DNA from: Gammaproteobacteria bacterium
GTDB lineage: Bacteria; Pseudomonadota; Gammaproteobacteria; Pseudomonadales; Halieaceae
Assembly (NCBI GenBank): GCA_030427335.1
Contig: JAUHWV010000001.1
Coordinates: forward strand, 1-47,691
DNA length: 47,691 nucleotides
Direction of reading: 5' to 3'
Shown here: positions 10,476 through 19,982 of the stretch, in pieces
Layout: each line of letters begins with the position of its first letter
How positions within the stretch are numbered: position 1 is the stretch's first letter
Program-made: the position numbers and the translations under genes
Notes under the pieces: model-generated
Database searches by the model: none
What the model was told of the DNA's origin: nothing
Seen by the model: the letters and a program-made list of their open reading frames with translations, nothing else

Positions 10476-11510
10476 TCAACCTCCTACTTTAACGTCCGCT
10501 GGGCTCGCACGCAGAGAGCCCACGCCGTCGGTTACAATTTCATCGCCGGCCTGTAAGCCGGATAAGATCTCAATGACCCCCGGGGATCGACTGCCAATCT
10601 CGACTTGCACCTTTTCGGCCTGGCCTGCTGAGTTCAAACGCCAAACGTAGTGGCTAGACGCTCTCGATTCCAAGGATTGCTCAGGAATAAGTAGTGTTCG
10701 GCGCGGATTAGCCTCAACGCGCGTGTTCATCAATAGACCCGGCTTCAATAAGCCACTGTCGTTAGGCAGTTCTGCGCGAACCTGCACCGATCGCGTTACC
10801 GGATCTACACGACTGTCAACAGCTCGAATGAGGCCTTTGAACTCCCGATCAAAGGCAGCAGATCGCGCCACCACGCTCTGCCCAACAGACAAAACGCTCA
10901 GCTCCGTCGCGGGAACCGAAAATTTAAGACGCATTCTCGACAGATCATCCAAGGTCGTAATCCGCGTCCCCTGCGTGATAAGCGCACCCGGGCTGACTTC
11001 GCGCAGACCCAGCTGCCCTGAGAAAGGTGCGATGATCGTTCGGTCACGAAGCCGTGCCTGAACTTCCTCAAGCTGATATACCAAAACTTCAACACGCGTC
11101 GTGGCGCGATCCAGCTCGGTTTGGGCCACCTGATTTTTTTCAGCCAGATTCTGTAAGCGCTTTACCTCGCGCTTGGCATCGGCGAGAGAGGCCGAGAGCT
11201 CGGCTAATCGAGCCTGTTCGGCATCCTGTTTTAAGACCGCTAGAATATCGCCCTGAGACACCGTGTCGCCGTCTTCAAACTTCAGCTCAGTAACAATCTG
11301 GGACACGGACGATCGAATATCGACGGACTCCCAAGCCTCCAATGTACCTGCGGCGCTGAGCCGATCGGCGAAGATTTCTTCATTAACAATCGCGGTGTTA
11401 ACGGGCGTTGGGCGCCCGCCAAAATCCCGTTCCGTGGTCCCGGCATCGGGTCCCACCCAAAACCAAAGTAGACCCAAGGCACCAGCCAACACAGGAAACC
11501 ACTTAAACAT
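10476..11510 (-). CDS. RND periplasmic adaptor (membrane fusion protein)
   Basis: N-terminal anchor, lipoyl/alpha-hairpin pattern (IIAPFSG, VDSRVDPVTRSV, LKPG); ATG at 11510 preceded by AGGAG. Confidence 0.93.
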   Translation of the reverse strand: MFKWFPVLAGALGLLWFWVGPDAGTTERDFGGRPTPVNTAIVNEEIFADRLSAAGTLEAWESVDIRSSVSQIVTELKFEDGDTVSQGDILAVLKQDAEQARLAELSASLADAKREVKRLQNLAEKNQVAQTELDRATTRVEVLVYQLEEVQARLRDRTIIAPFSGQLGLREVSPGALITQGTRITTLDDLSRMRLKFSVPATELSVLSVGQSVVARSAAFDREFKGLIRAVDSRVDPVTRSVQVRAELPNDSGLLKPGLLMNTRVEANPRRTLLIPEQSLESRASSHYVWRLNSAGQAEKVQVEIGSRSPGVIEILSGLQAGDEIVTDGVGSLRASPADVKVGG

Positions 11511-11677
11511 ACCAACTCCTAACTTAGGGGCAGCAACAGACGCAACCCTCACGGCGGTCCTTACGACGTTCCCCTCATGTTCAGATCAATAAAATCCTGC
11601 GCTCAGGATGATCGCGCAAAACAAGTTAAGTGTAGCACCAAAGTGGAACATTCTGCGTGTACTTAATCATTAACTGC

Positions 11678-11705
11678 CTTTAAACTTTACCGTTAGTCCC
11701 CATGT
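11678..11705 (+). promoter_or_regulatory. Putative sigma-32 (RpoH) promoter for gshA
   Basis: CTTTAAA-N13-CCCCATGT versus the consensus CTTGAAA-N13/14-CCCCATnT, 33 bp upstream of the ATG. Confidence 0.6.
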
Positions 11706-11738
11706 AGGGGTAACGCGCCCGAAGAGTGGGAAAACAAC

Positions 11739-13337
11739 ATGCCAACAAATTTGAACTTCGCTCTCGATGAGGCCACGAAACACCCCGCTCCAGAAAGCTT
11801 GTTTCGCTGCGCACGCGGCATTGAAAAAGAATCCTTACGCATTACGGTCGATGGTTTGCTCGCACAAACTGATCACCCCATAAAACTGGGTTCGGCGCTC
11901 ACGCACCCCTCCATCACAACCGATTACAGCGAGTCCCTGCTTGAGTTTATTACTCCGGTTTCAAATTCAATTGGCGAAACCATGCGTCAACTCGAGGACA
12001 TCCACACCTTTGTTTATCAGAATTTAGACGAGGAGTTGCTATGGACAGCCAGCATGCCTTGCGCTCTAACGGCGGATAGCGACATTCCCGTCGCGCGCTA
12101 CGGCAGCTCAAATTCAGCGCGCTTAAAAACAGTCTACCGCTACGGATTAGGGCATCGCTACGGACGCAGGATGCAAACGATTGCGGGGATCCATTACAAT
12201 TTCTCTCTACCGGACGCCTTTTGGCCCTGGCTACAATCGATCCGCGGTGAGTCATCCGAGCTGAACCGCTTCAAAACCGAATCCTATCTGGGGCTCATTC
12301 GGAATTTTCAACGCGTTTCCTGGCTCTTAATCTACCTGTTTGGGGCCTCGCCGGCTGTGTGCTCGACCTTTTTGAGGGGGCGACAGGACCACGGCTTAGA
12401 GCCCGCTGATCCCGATCACAACAGCTACCACTTACCCTATGCGACTTCGCTTCGTATGGGGGGGCTTGGTTATAACAGCGATGCTCAGAAAACGCTCCAA
12501 GTTTGTTACAACAGCCTCGATGCTTACATTGATACTCTGCGTGCCGCCATTGTTCAACCGCACGCCGAGTACGAATCGATTCCACAGAAAATTGAGGGCG
12601 AGTATCAACAGCTGAGCTCTTGTTTATTGCAAATAGAGAACGAATTCTACAGTCCAATTCGACCTAAACGGGTATCACGCTCCGGTGAACCGTCGCTTCA
12701 CGCCCTCGCATGGGGTGGGATTGAGTATATTGAGGTACGGTGCATCGACATCAACCCCTTCCTACCCGTTGGCATAGACGAGACGCAGATCAGATTCATC
12801 GATCTGTTCCTTCTGCACTGCGCGCTCTGCGACAGCCCACCCTGTACTTCAGAAGAGCAAGCGCTCATGGCGCATAACTTTTCGCAAGTAGTCACTCGTG
12901 GACGGGAACCCGGCCTCGCGTTAAATCAGGGGGGACGCAAAGTCCATCTAACACAATGGGGCTTGGAGATCGTAGAGCAGCTTCGACCGCTTGCAAACGC
13001 GCTGGACAACTGGATTGAAACCGGATTTACAGCGGCATTGGAAGCACAAGAAGCCAAACTGCGCGACTGCAGACTGACCCCATCGCATCAAGTAAGCGAA
13101 CTGGTGAACCAAGGCAGCTTTTTCACGAGCGCGCTCAATCAATCAAAACAGCAACAAGCCATCTTTTCAGCACGAAGCCTGCCTCCTGAAACGATGAGCG
13201 CATTTGAAGAGGCCGCGAGATTAAGTCTGGAGCGGCAGAAGTCCATAGAAGAGAGCGACTCTGTCAGTTTTGAGACCTTCCTTGCCTCATTCTTAGCACA
13301 ATACGCCGACGCCGAGCTGCACCCTAAACAGAAATAG
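11739..13337 (+). CDS. gshA: Glutamate--cysteine ligase
   Basis: RGIEKESLR, ITTDYSESLLEFITP, MQTIAGIHYNFS, LQIENEFYSPIRPK, IEYIEVR. Confidence 0.97.
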   Translation: MPTNLNFALDEATKHPAPESLFRCARGIEKESLRITVDGLLAQTDHPIKLGSALTHPSITTDYSESLLEFITPVSNSIGETMRQLEDIHTFVYQNLDEELLWTASMPCALTADSDIPVARYGSSNSARLKTVYRYGLGHRYGRRMQTIAGIHYNFSLPDAFWPWLQSIRGESSELNRFKTESYLGLIRNFQRVSWLLIYLFGASPAVCSTFLRGRQDHGLEPADPDHNSYHLPYATSLRMGGLGYNSDAQKTLQVCYNSLDAYIDTLRAAIVQPHAEYESIPQKIEGEYQQLSSCLLQIENEFYSPIRPKRVSRSGEPSLHALAWGGIEYIEVRCIDINPFLPVGIDETQIRFIDLFLLHCALCDSPPCTSEEQALMAHNFSQVVTRGREPGLALNQGGRKVHLTQWGLEIVEQLRPLANALDNWIETGFTAALEAQEAKLRDCRLTPSHQVSELVNQGSFFTSALNQSKQQQAIFSARSLPPETMSAFEEAARLSLERQKSIEESDSVSFETFLASFLAQYADAELHPKQK

Positions 13338-13366
13338 AATCCCGATCCGGTAGAAACCGCTACGGG

Positions 13367-14248
13367 TCAATTTTTACTATGCTCATGTAACTCAAGGTAC
13401 TCAGACCATAGTGGATTCGCAGGGTCTGCAATGGCCAAAAAATGCGGGCTCATTAAGCTATCGCCTTGGTTATACGAAAGCCGCTTACCGTCCAAGCGAA
13501 TGACCTCACCCCCTGCGCCCTCGACGATCGCCTGGCCAGCCCCCGTGTCCCACTCGCAGCAGGGCGAAAATCTAGGATAAATATCGCCTGCACCTTCAGC
13601 TAGCCGACAGAACTTTAGCGCACTGCCACTGTTCGAACGCTCTATCAGGTTAAACTTTGTCTCAAGCCAGCCAAGAAAAGTCTGTAAGCGAGTGTTTTTA
13701 TGCCTGACACTACTCAATACGTGCACACGCTCGCCGTTTTTCGCGAGAGCCGAGCAAGTTATGGGTATCGCTGCTGACGTATTCGTATCCGTATCCAATG
13801 GCACAACGTAACTCCCTAACTGCTTTCCACCGAACCACATTCGATCCAAAAGTGGGGCGGCAATAAAACCAAGAGAAGGATACCCATCTCGGATCATGGC
13901 GACATTGATCGTGAATTCGCCAGTCCGATTGAGAAATTCTCGAGTACCGTCCAAGGGATCAACTAACCAGTATTCGTTGAATACGTGTCGCGCACTTTTT
14001 ACGTGGTGACTGGATTCCTCGGACAAAACCGGTAATAAAGGGAAAATACGTTTCAATCCATCCTCAATCAGACGATGTGCTGCTAGGTCGGCCTGAGTGA
14101 GCGGAGTCGAGTCCGCCTTTTGCTGGTACTCTGTTGCGTTGTCAGCGTAGTAATGCGCCTTTATGACTCCACTCACCTCACGCAACAGCTCATGTATGGA
14201 CGTGATCTCTGTGATAAATGTTTTGTAGTTCAATTCGTCTTGGTTCAT
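13367..14248 (-). CDS. cysQ: 3'(2'),5'-bisphosphate nucleotidase CysQ
   Basis: TPLTQAD, LSEE, WLVDPLDGTREF, GSALKFC..AEG, EWDTGAGQAI. Confidence 0.94.
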   Translation of the reverse strand: MNQDELNYKTFITEITSIHELLREVSGVIKAHYYADNATEYQQKADSTPLTQADLAAHRLIEDGLKRIFPLLPVLSEESSHHVKSARHVFNEYWLVDPLDGTREFLNRTGEFTINVAMIRDGYPSLGFIAAPLLDRMWFGGKQLGSYVVPLDTDTNTSAAIPITCSALAKNGERVHVLSSVRHKNTRLQTFLGWLETKFNLIERSNSGSALKFCRLAEGAGDIYPRFSPCCEWDTGAGQAIVEGAGGEVIRLDGKRLSYNQGDSLMSPHFLAIADPANPLWSEYLELHEHSKN

Positions 14249-14298
14249 GTGGGCAGTGTATCATGATGCCTTCCAAACGAAATTAACACGACACAACT

Positions 14299-14949
14299 AT
14301 GCTGAACTGGAATGAGATTGATACCGTGCTGCTCGATATGGATGGCACCTTGCTTGACCTCGCCTACGACAACCATTTTTGGCTCGAACACATTCCGCGA
14401 ACCTACGCGGAGCACCACGGGATCGAAGCGGAAACAGCAAAGCAGCAGCTGATTGAAACCATGAATAGCGTTAAAGGACAACTCGAGTGGTATTGCATTG
14501 ATCACTGGTCTGATGTCTTGGGGTTCGATGTCGGGCAGCATGTCCAAGCGACACGCCATCAAGTCGCTGCGCGCCCTTTTGCTATCGAATTCTTACATTT
14601 CCTTCAAACGCAGGCGAAGCAAGTGTTAATGGTTACGAATGCGCATACCCTTGTGCTCGAGAGCAAGATGCAAGAAGTCGATCTACGGCCCTATTTCGAT
14701 TCGCTCATTAGCTCGCATCACTACGCTTGCCCCAAAGAGTCAGTCACCTTTTGGACCCATTTGGTGCAGCACCACCCTTTCGATCCCAGTCGCACCCTGC
14801 TCATCGATGATAACGAACAGGTCCTCGCCGTGGCACAGCAATTTGGAATTAAACATCTAGTCACACTAAAACAACCCGATTCCTCACTCGCACCAAAACG
14901 CCATTCCGATTACATGGCAATTACACACTTCGATGAGATCCTTCTTTAA
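14299..14949 (+). CDS. yrfG: GMP/IMP nucleotidase (HAD family)
   Basis: WNEIDTVLLDMDGTLLDLAYDNHFW, VTNAH, LIDDN, QPDS; divergent from cysQ as in other gammaproteobacteria. Confidence 0.9.
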   Translation: MLNWNEIDTVLLDMDGTLLDLAYDNHFWLEHIPRTYAEHHGIEAETAKQQLIETMNSVKGQLEWYCIDHWSDVLGFDVGQHVQATRHQVAARPFAIEFLHFLQTQAKQVLMVTNAHTLVLESKMQEVDLRPYFDSLISSHHYACPKESVTFWTHLVQHHPFDPSRTLLIDDNEQVLAVAQQFGIKHLVTLKQPDSSLAPKRHSDYMAITHFDEILL

Positions 14950-15038
14950 ACTACCTCATCGCGTTAAAAACTCACCAAATCGCAAAGTGACAAAAATAGG
15001 TTTTGCAACTAACCTACAGGTTGGGGAGGAAGAAATCT

Positions 15039-16544
15039 ATGTCAGCCATTAACGAACTTCTAGCGAGTATCGAAGCCGCACCAGAGGGACCAAAAACGAC
15101 GGCCGTTTTTGATTTTGATGGGACCATCATCTACGGCTACTCTGCGTTTCATTTTTTGCGCGCACAAGTCAGGCGCGGTGACCTCGACATCAAAGATCTA
15201 TTGGCGACCTTGCAGGCCATGACGCAGTTCGGCTTGGGCAGTTTGGATTTTGCTGGTTTGATCGCGCTGACGGCCCAATTCATGCGTGGACATTCAAAAT
15301 CGGACTACGATGCGTTTGCTCAAGAGGTGTACGACAAGCATATCGGAAGACTCATTTACCCCGAAACCCGACGCCTGATTGACGCCCACAGAAATGCGGG
15401 ACACACGATAGCCATTATATCGTCCGCGACACGATTCCAAGTTGAAGCGGCAGCACGAGATTTGGGTATCGAACACGTGTATTGCACGGAGCTCGCGGTT
15501 GAGAACGATCAATTCACCGGTGATATTGATGGCCCGCCCTGCTTTGGTATCGGCAAAGTCGACGCAGCAAAACACCTATTAAAGAAAAAGCGCGCCGCGC
15601 TCAAAAACACTTTTTTCTACTCGGACTCGACCGACGATAGTGATCTGCTCATGGCAGTCGGGCATCCTGTCGCGCTGAATCCCTCAAGGGCACTAAAACA
15701 GCAAGTGCGAGAGGAAGGCTGGGCCAGCGCCACCTTCGACAGTCGCGGAACACCGACACTGGCGCAATTTTTACGCTCGATTGCAGCCACTTCAAGCGTC
15801 ATATCAGCATTTGCGGCCGGTCTTCCCGTGTTCGCGCTGACCGGATCCCTCAGGCAAAGCCGCAACTTTTCTTACGCCATGTTTGCAGAGACTGCATCAG
15901 CCCTGGTGGGCCTGGAACTGGACGTCACGGGAGAAGCCAATTTATGGAAGAAACGGCCCGCTGTTTTCATTTTTAACCACCAAAGCAAAGCGGACGTGAT
16001 TATCGGAGCGAAGCTGATTCGCCAGGATATCGCGGGGGTAGGAAAAAAAGAAATTAAGAACTTACCCGTAATTGGGAAAGTCATGGAATGGGGTGGCGTT
16101 GTAATGATAGACCGCAAAAATGCCGCCTCCGCCATCGCTGCAATGAAGCCACTGGTCGATGCCATGCGATACGAGGGCAAATCCATTTGCCTGGCTCCTG
16201 AAGGAACGCGGTCGACTACTCGAAAACTTGGGCCGTTTAAAAAAGGCGCATTCCATTTAGCGATGCAGGCAGGAGCGCCCATTGTCCCAATCGTCATACA
16301 TAACGCCAGCGACATAGCGCCCAAGGGCGAATTCGTATTTCGGCCCGGCAAAGTTAAGGTTGAGGTACTCGAGCCCATCGACACAACCCAATGGCGCATC
16401 GAAGATATTGATCAACACATCACCGAAGTTAGACGGCTTTATCTGGAGTGCCTTGGACAAAGCGAACCCACTCAGGCCAGAGAAACACCTGCAAAGTCCG
16501 TATCGACGCGAAAACCACGAAAAGCTAAAGGCGCCGCAATTTAG
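15039..16544 (+). CDS. HAD-IB phosphatase / 1-acyl-sn-glycerol-3-phosphate acyltransferase fusion
   Basis: N-terminal AVFDFDGT and YSDSTDD (SerB-like HAD); C-terminal NHQSKAD (HX4D) and PEGTR; ATG at 15039 after GGAGG. Confidence 0.9.
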   Translation: MSAINELLASIEAAPEGPKTTAVFDFDGTIIYGYSAFHFLRAQVRRGDLDIKDLLATLQAMTQFGLGSLDFAGLIALTAQFMRGHSKSDYDAFAQEVYDKHIGRLIYPETRRLIDAHRNAGHTIAIISSATRFQVEAAARDLGIEHVYCTELAVENDQFTGDIDGPPCFGIGKVDAAKHLLKKKRAALKNTFFYSDSTDDSDLLMAVGHPVALNPSRALKQQVREEGWASATFDSRGTPTLAQFLRSIAATSSVISAFAAGLPVFALTGSLRQSRNFSYAMFAETASALVGLELDVTGEANLWKKRPAVFIFNHQSKADVIIGAKLIRQDIAGVGKKEIKNLPVIGKVMEWGGVVMIDRKNAASAIAAMKPLVDAMRYEGKSICLAPEGTRSTTRKLGPFKKGAFHLAMQAGAPIVPIVIHNASDIAPKGEFVFRPGKVKVEVLEPIDTTQWRIEDIDQHITEVRRLYLECLGQSEPTQARETPAKSVSTRKPRKAKGAAI

Positions 16545-16617
16545 CTTTACATTGATGTCGCTTGCCAAAACAAGCTAGTTGAGTGTAAAACGGAGCCATA
16601 ATCAAAAAAAGTTGAGT

Positions 16618-18942
16618 ATGTTGATACCCGCACAAGCCCAAAATCAAACGCCGTGGCCTCATCATCATTCTGGGCCAGTCCTTTTTATTCTCGACGCGCG
16701 CAATCGCTTTGAACGCCGACTGCTTACCGAATGGATTAATCTTCACAACACCGAAGGATTAAACTACGACCTTTGCGCTTTAGTGCTTATGGATAAACGT
16801 CTGCTGGTTCGTCAGGACGTCATCTCGATCATCACCAAGCAAACCGAAGACACGCTCGTCGTGCCCATTCGCATCGCTTGGAGACCCTCGGAAAAGGCGA
16901 TTAAATCAGGACCTCGCGTGAGGGACTTAGTGTTTGGAGACCCCAGACGGCCGCGCGCGAGAAGGGCGAAACACATTCTGGCCAAGCGTCCGGAGCGCGC
17001 CACCTTTATTGGCGGCGAGCCAGACACCATGGCAAATATGAAGGCGCGCTTTTTGAAGCTTGCCGATCATGACCCAGAAGCGGAAGCGGCCTTGCCGGAA
17101 TTCGTGGCTCGCCAAGCGGCATTGGTGCTCGACATATCCGAGCGAAAACTGCAGGGGGGGCGCTATAAAGTCCCGCGTTTCATAGCCGCCAACATTCGCA
17201 ACCGCCGAAAGTTCAAACAAGCCATTCGCGATCTCGCCGTTGAGACCGGCAACTCGGTCAGCAGCACAATGCAAGAGGCGGAAACCTACTTTAAAGAGAT
17301 GATCTCTAAACCGTCCATGTTTTGGCTCGACTTCTACGCCAAATTCAATCAGTACTGTTTGGGTTTAGCTTACGAAGACGATGTGGTCGTCAGCCGAGAC
17401 GAAATCGAAAGACTGCGACGACAAGTTCGAGATTACCCATCCATCCTCTTGTGGACCCATAAAACCTACCTTGACGGGATGGTGGTTCCCAAAGTGCTTT
17501 ACGAGCATGATTTCCCTATGCCGCACATGTTTGGAGGCGCTAACTTGAGCTTCGCCGGACTGGGCTTTTTACTGCGCAGAGCGGGCGGTATCTTTATACG
17601 CCGCAGCTTCCAAGACAACCCCGTTTATAAAACCGTGTTGCGCCAATATATCGGCTATTTAATGGAAAAGCGCTTCCCAATGAACTGGTCCTTCGAGGGC
17701 ACACGCTCACGTTTGGGTAAGCTCATGCCACCTCGATACGGACTGCTAAAATACGTACTCGAGGCCTGCTACGCGAGCGATGCGCGAGATATTCACATCG
17801 TGCCTGTTTCTATTTCTTACGACCTGATTCGCGATGTAGAAGAATACGCCACCGAGCAAGCCGGACGTGTAAAGAAAGCCGAATCACTTATGTGGTTCAT
17901 AGGTTACGTAAAAAGCTTGGCACGCCCAATGGGACGCGTGTACATGAATGTCGGTGAACCCGTAGTCTTGAAGCAAGCACCCGATCCAGATGATAAACTC
18001 GCTCTCGCCAAAATTGCGTTCGAAGTTGCAGTAGAAGCCAACAAGGTGACGCCGATTACCTTCCCAGCACTGATTTCTATGGTGCTACTCGGTGTTGCTC
18101 CCAGGGCGCTGACCGAAGACGAAGTCGCACGCGAACTTGAACGGCTCGTCGCCTGGGCTCAAGAACGCAACATCTTTTTGTCAGACGACCTACAAAAAGA
18201 TATCGCAACCAACCTAGACGGGGTCCTCGGTTTAATGATCTCAGAGAAAATCATTACACGTTATGATGCCGGCCCCGAAACAGTCTACGGCATCGACCAA
18301 CAACAGCATCCCATTGCAAGTTACTATCGCAATAGCATTATTCACTTCTTCCTGAATCAAGCCATAATTGAACTGTCAGCAGTAAAAATTAGGGATCTAA
18401 CTGGCGCCCAAGCCTTAGAACAATTCTGGATCGAAGTAGACAAAATACGTGACCATTTCAAATTCGAATTCTTCTACTCACCGACCGAGCTATTCCACCA
18501 AGAAATCGAAGCCGAGCTAAACCGACACTGCCCCGAGGCCTTGGAGCAATTGGATCGCGAAGAAATATACGGCGAGCACATCATGCGCTCCATTCAGCCT
18601 TTAGTAGCGCACCAGACGCTTCTGACTTTCGCAGAAGCCTACTCGGTGGTCGCCGATGTGGCGAGCGATCCGAAATCCCTCGAACTCGAGTCAAAAATGC
18701 TGACGGAGGCCTGCTTGAAACTGGGACGCCAAGCCTATTTACAGAGACGAATTAGCAGCGAATCTTCGATCGCGAAATTGCTCTTCCAAAACGGTTTTGA
18801 TCTTCTCAGACACAGGGGATTAGATCAGTACCACGGCGAGGAAACACGAGAACAGCGCAGGGCAATGGCCTTGGAGTTTCGTGATATCCTGAGGCGAATT
18901 GAAGCCATAAAAGCCATGGCTCTGACCCGAACGTTGCAATAA
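16618..18942 (+). CDS. plsB: Glycerol-3-phosphate 1-O-acyltransferase, mycobacterial PlsB2-type
   Basis: HKTYLDG (HX4D), GGIFIRR, FEGTRSR, VPVSISYD; start at ATG 16618 or TTG 16579. Confidence 0.88.
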   Translation: MLIPAQAQNQTPWPHHHSGPVLFILDARNRFERRLLTEWINLHNTEGLNYDLCALVLMDKRLLVRQDVISIITKQTEDTLVVPIRIAWRPSEKAIKSGPRVRDLVFGDPRRPRARRAKHILAKRPERATFIGGEPDTMANMKARFLKLADHDPEAEAALPEFVARQAALVLDISERKLQGGRYKVPRFIAANIRNRRKFKQAIRDLAVETGNSVSSTMQEAETYFKEMISKPSMFWLDFYAKFNQYCLGLAYEDDVVVSRDEIERLRRQVRDYPSILLWTHKTYLDGMVVPKVLYEHDFPMPHMFGGANLSFAGLGFLLRRAGGIFIRRSFQDNPVYKTVLRQYIGYLMEKRFPMNWSFEGTRSRLGKLMPPRYGLLKYVLEACYASDARDIHIVPVSISYDLIRDVEEYATEQAGRVKKAESLMWFIGYVKSLARPMGRVYMNVGEPVVLKQAPDPDDKLALAKIAFEVAVEANKVTPITFPALISMVLLGVAPRALTEDEVARELERLVAWAQERNIFLSDDLQKDIATNLDGVLGLMISEKIITRYDAGPETVYGIDQQQHPIASYYRNSIIHFFLNQAIIELSAVKIRDLTGAQALEQFWIEVDKIRDHFKFEFFYSPTELFHQEIEAELNRHCPEALEQLDREEIYGEHIMRSIQPLVAHQTLLTFAEAYSVVADVASDPKSLELESKMLTEACLKLGRQAYLQRRISSESSIAKLLFQNGFDLLRHRGLDQYHGEETREQRRAMALEFRDILRRIEAIKAMALTRTLQ

Positions 18943-18954
18943 GAGGAGCAAAGT

Positions 18955-19956
18955 ATGAATCTAACCGTAGCCGTCCTGGGCGGCGGCTCGTGGGGCACTA
19001 CTGTTGCACACCTGATCTCTCGCAATACCAACACGGTTTTGTGGGCACGCAACCCCAAAACCGTAGCCGAAATAAACGCGAAACATACCAATGAAACCTA
19101 CCTGCCGGGTGCCCAGCTTTCACCCAAACTCAGAGCAGAAAGCGATATAACGATAGCGGTGGAGCAAGCCGATGTGGTTGTCATGGGCGTGCCCTCCCAG
19201 CATTTTCGATCGGTGCTTACCCAATTATCTGGCTCCATCCGGCCTTGGGTACCCGTAATCAGTTTAACCAAAGGCTTAGAGATAGGTACACAACTCAGGA
19301 TGACGGAAATCATCCACGAGGTACTGCCAGGGCATCCCGCGGGTGTGCTTTCCGGGCCCAATTTGGCACGAGAAATTATGGCCGGACAAGCCGCAGCTAG
19401 CGTGCTGGCGATGAAAGACCCGGTCATCATGCGCTCTTTACAAAATGTATTCAGCAGCGGATTGTTTCGATGTTACACCAACCCAGACGTGGTCGGTTGC
19501 GAACTGGGTGGCGTTTTGAAAAACGTCATCGCAATAGCCGTTGGCATGGGCGACGGTCTCGGTGCGGGTGACAACACACGCTCGGCACTGATCACACGAG
19601 GGCTCGCTGAAATATCACGCCTCGGGGTAGCCTTGGGCGGGCAATCGGAGACCTTCGCAGGCCTGGCTGGCATGGGCGATATGATCGCCACCTGCACCAG
19701 CGATAAGAGCCGCAACCGGACTGTGGGAATAGAACTTGCAAAAGGCCGCTCAGCGCAAGAGATCACCGACAGCATGTTTATGGTCGCCGAAGGGTTAAAA
19801 AGTGCCCCTGTTGTGCTATCACTGGCCGCTGAACACAATATCGAGATGCCGATAGTACAAGACGTCTATAAAGTAATCTCAGGTGAGAGCTCGCCCTCAC
19901 GGATTTTTAAGGGTTTACTCCGGGTTGCGGCAGGCGCAGAATCAGAACCCGGCTGA
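18955..19956 (+). CDS. gpsA: NAD(P)H-dependent glycerol-3-phosphate dehydrogenase
   Basis: VLGGGSWGT, SLTKG, SGPNLA, GGVLKNVIAIA, GLAGMGD..ATC...SRN; GAGGA RBS. Confidence 0.95.
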   Translation: MNLTVAVLGGGSWGTTVAHLISRNTNTVLWARNPKTVAEINAKHTNETYLPGAQLSPKLRAESDITIAVEQADVVVMGVPSQHFRSVLTQLSGSIRPWVPVISLTKGLEIGTQLRMTEIIHEVLPGHPAGVLSGPNLAREIMAGQAAASVLAMKDPVIMRSLQNVFSSGLFRCYTNPDVVGCELGGVLKNVIAIAVGMGDGLGAGDNTRSALITRGLAEISRLGVALGGQSETFAGLAGMGDMIATCTSDKSRNRTVGIELAKGRSAQEITDSMFMVAEGLKSAPVVLSLAAEHNIEMPIVQDVYKVISGESSPSRIFKGLLRVAAGAESEPG

Positions 19957-19982
19957 TTTTGCCTAACATTACGGGAGTGCTT

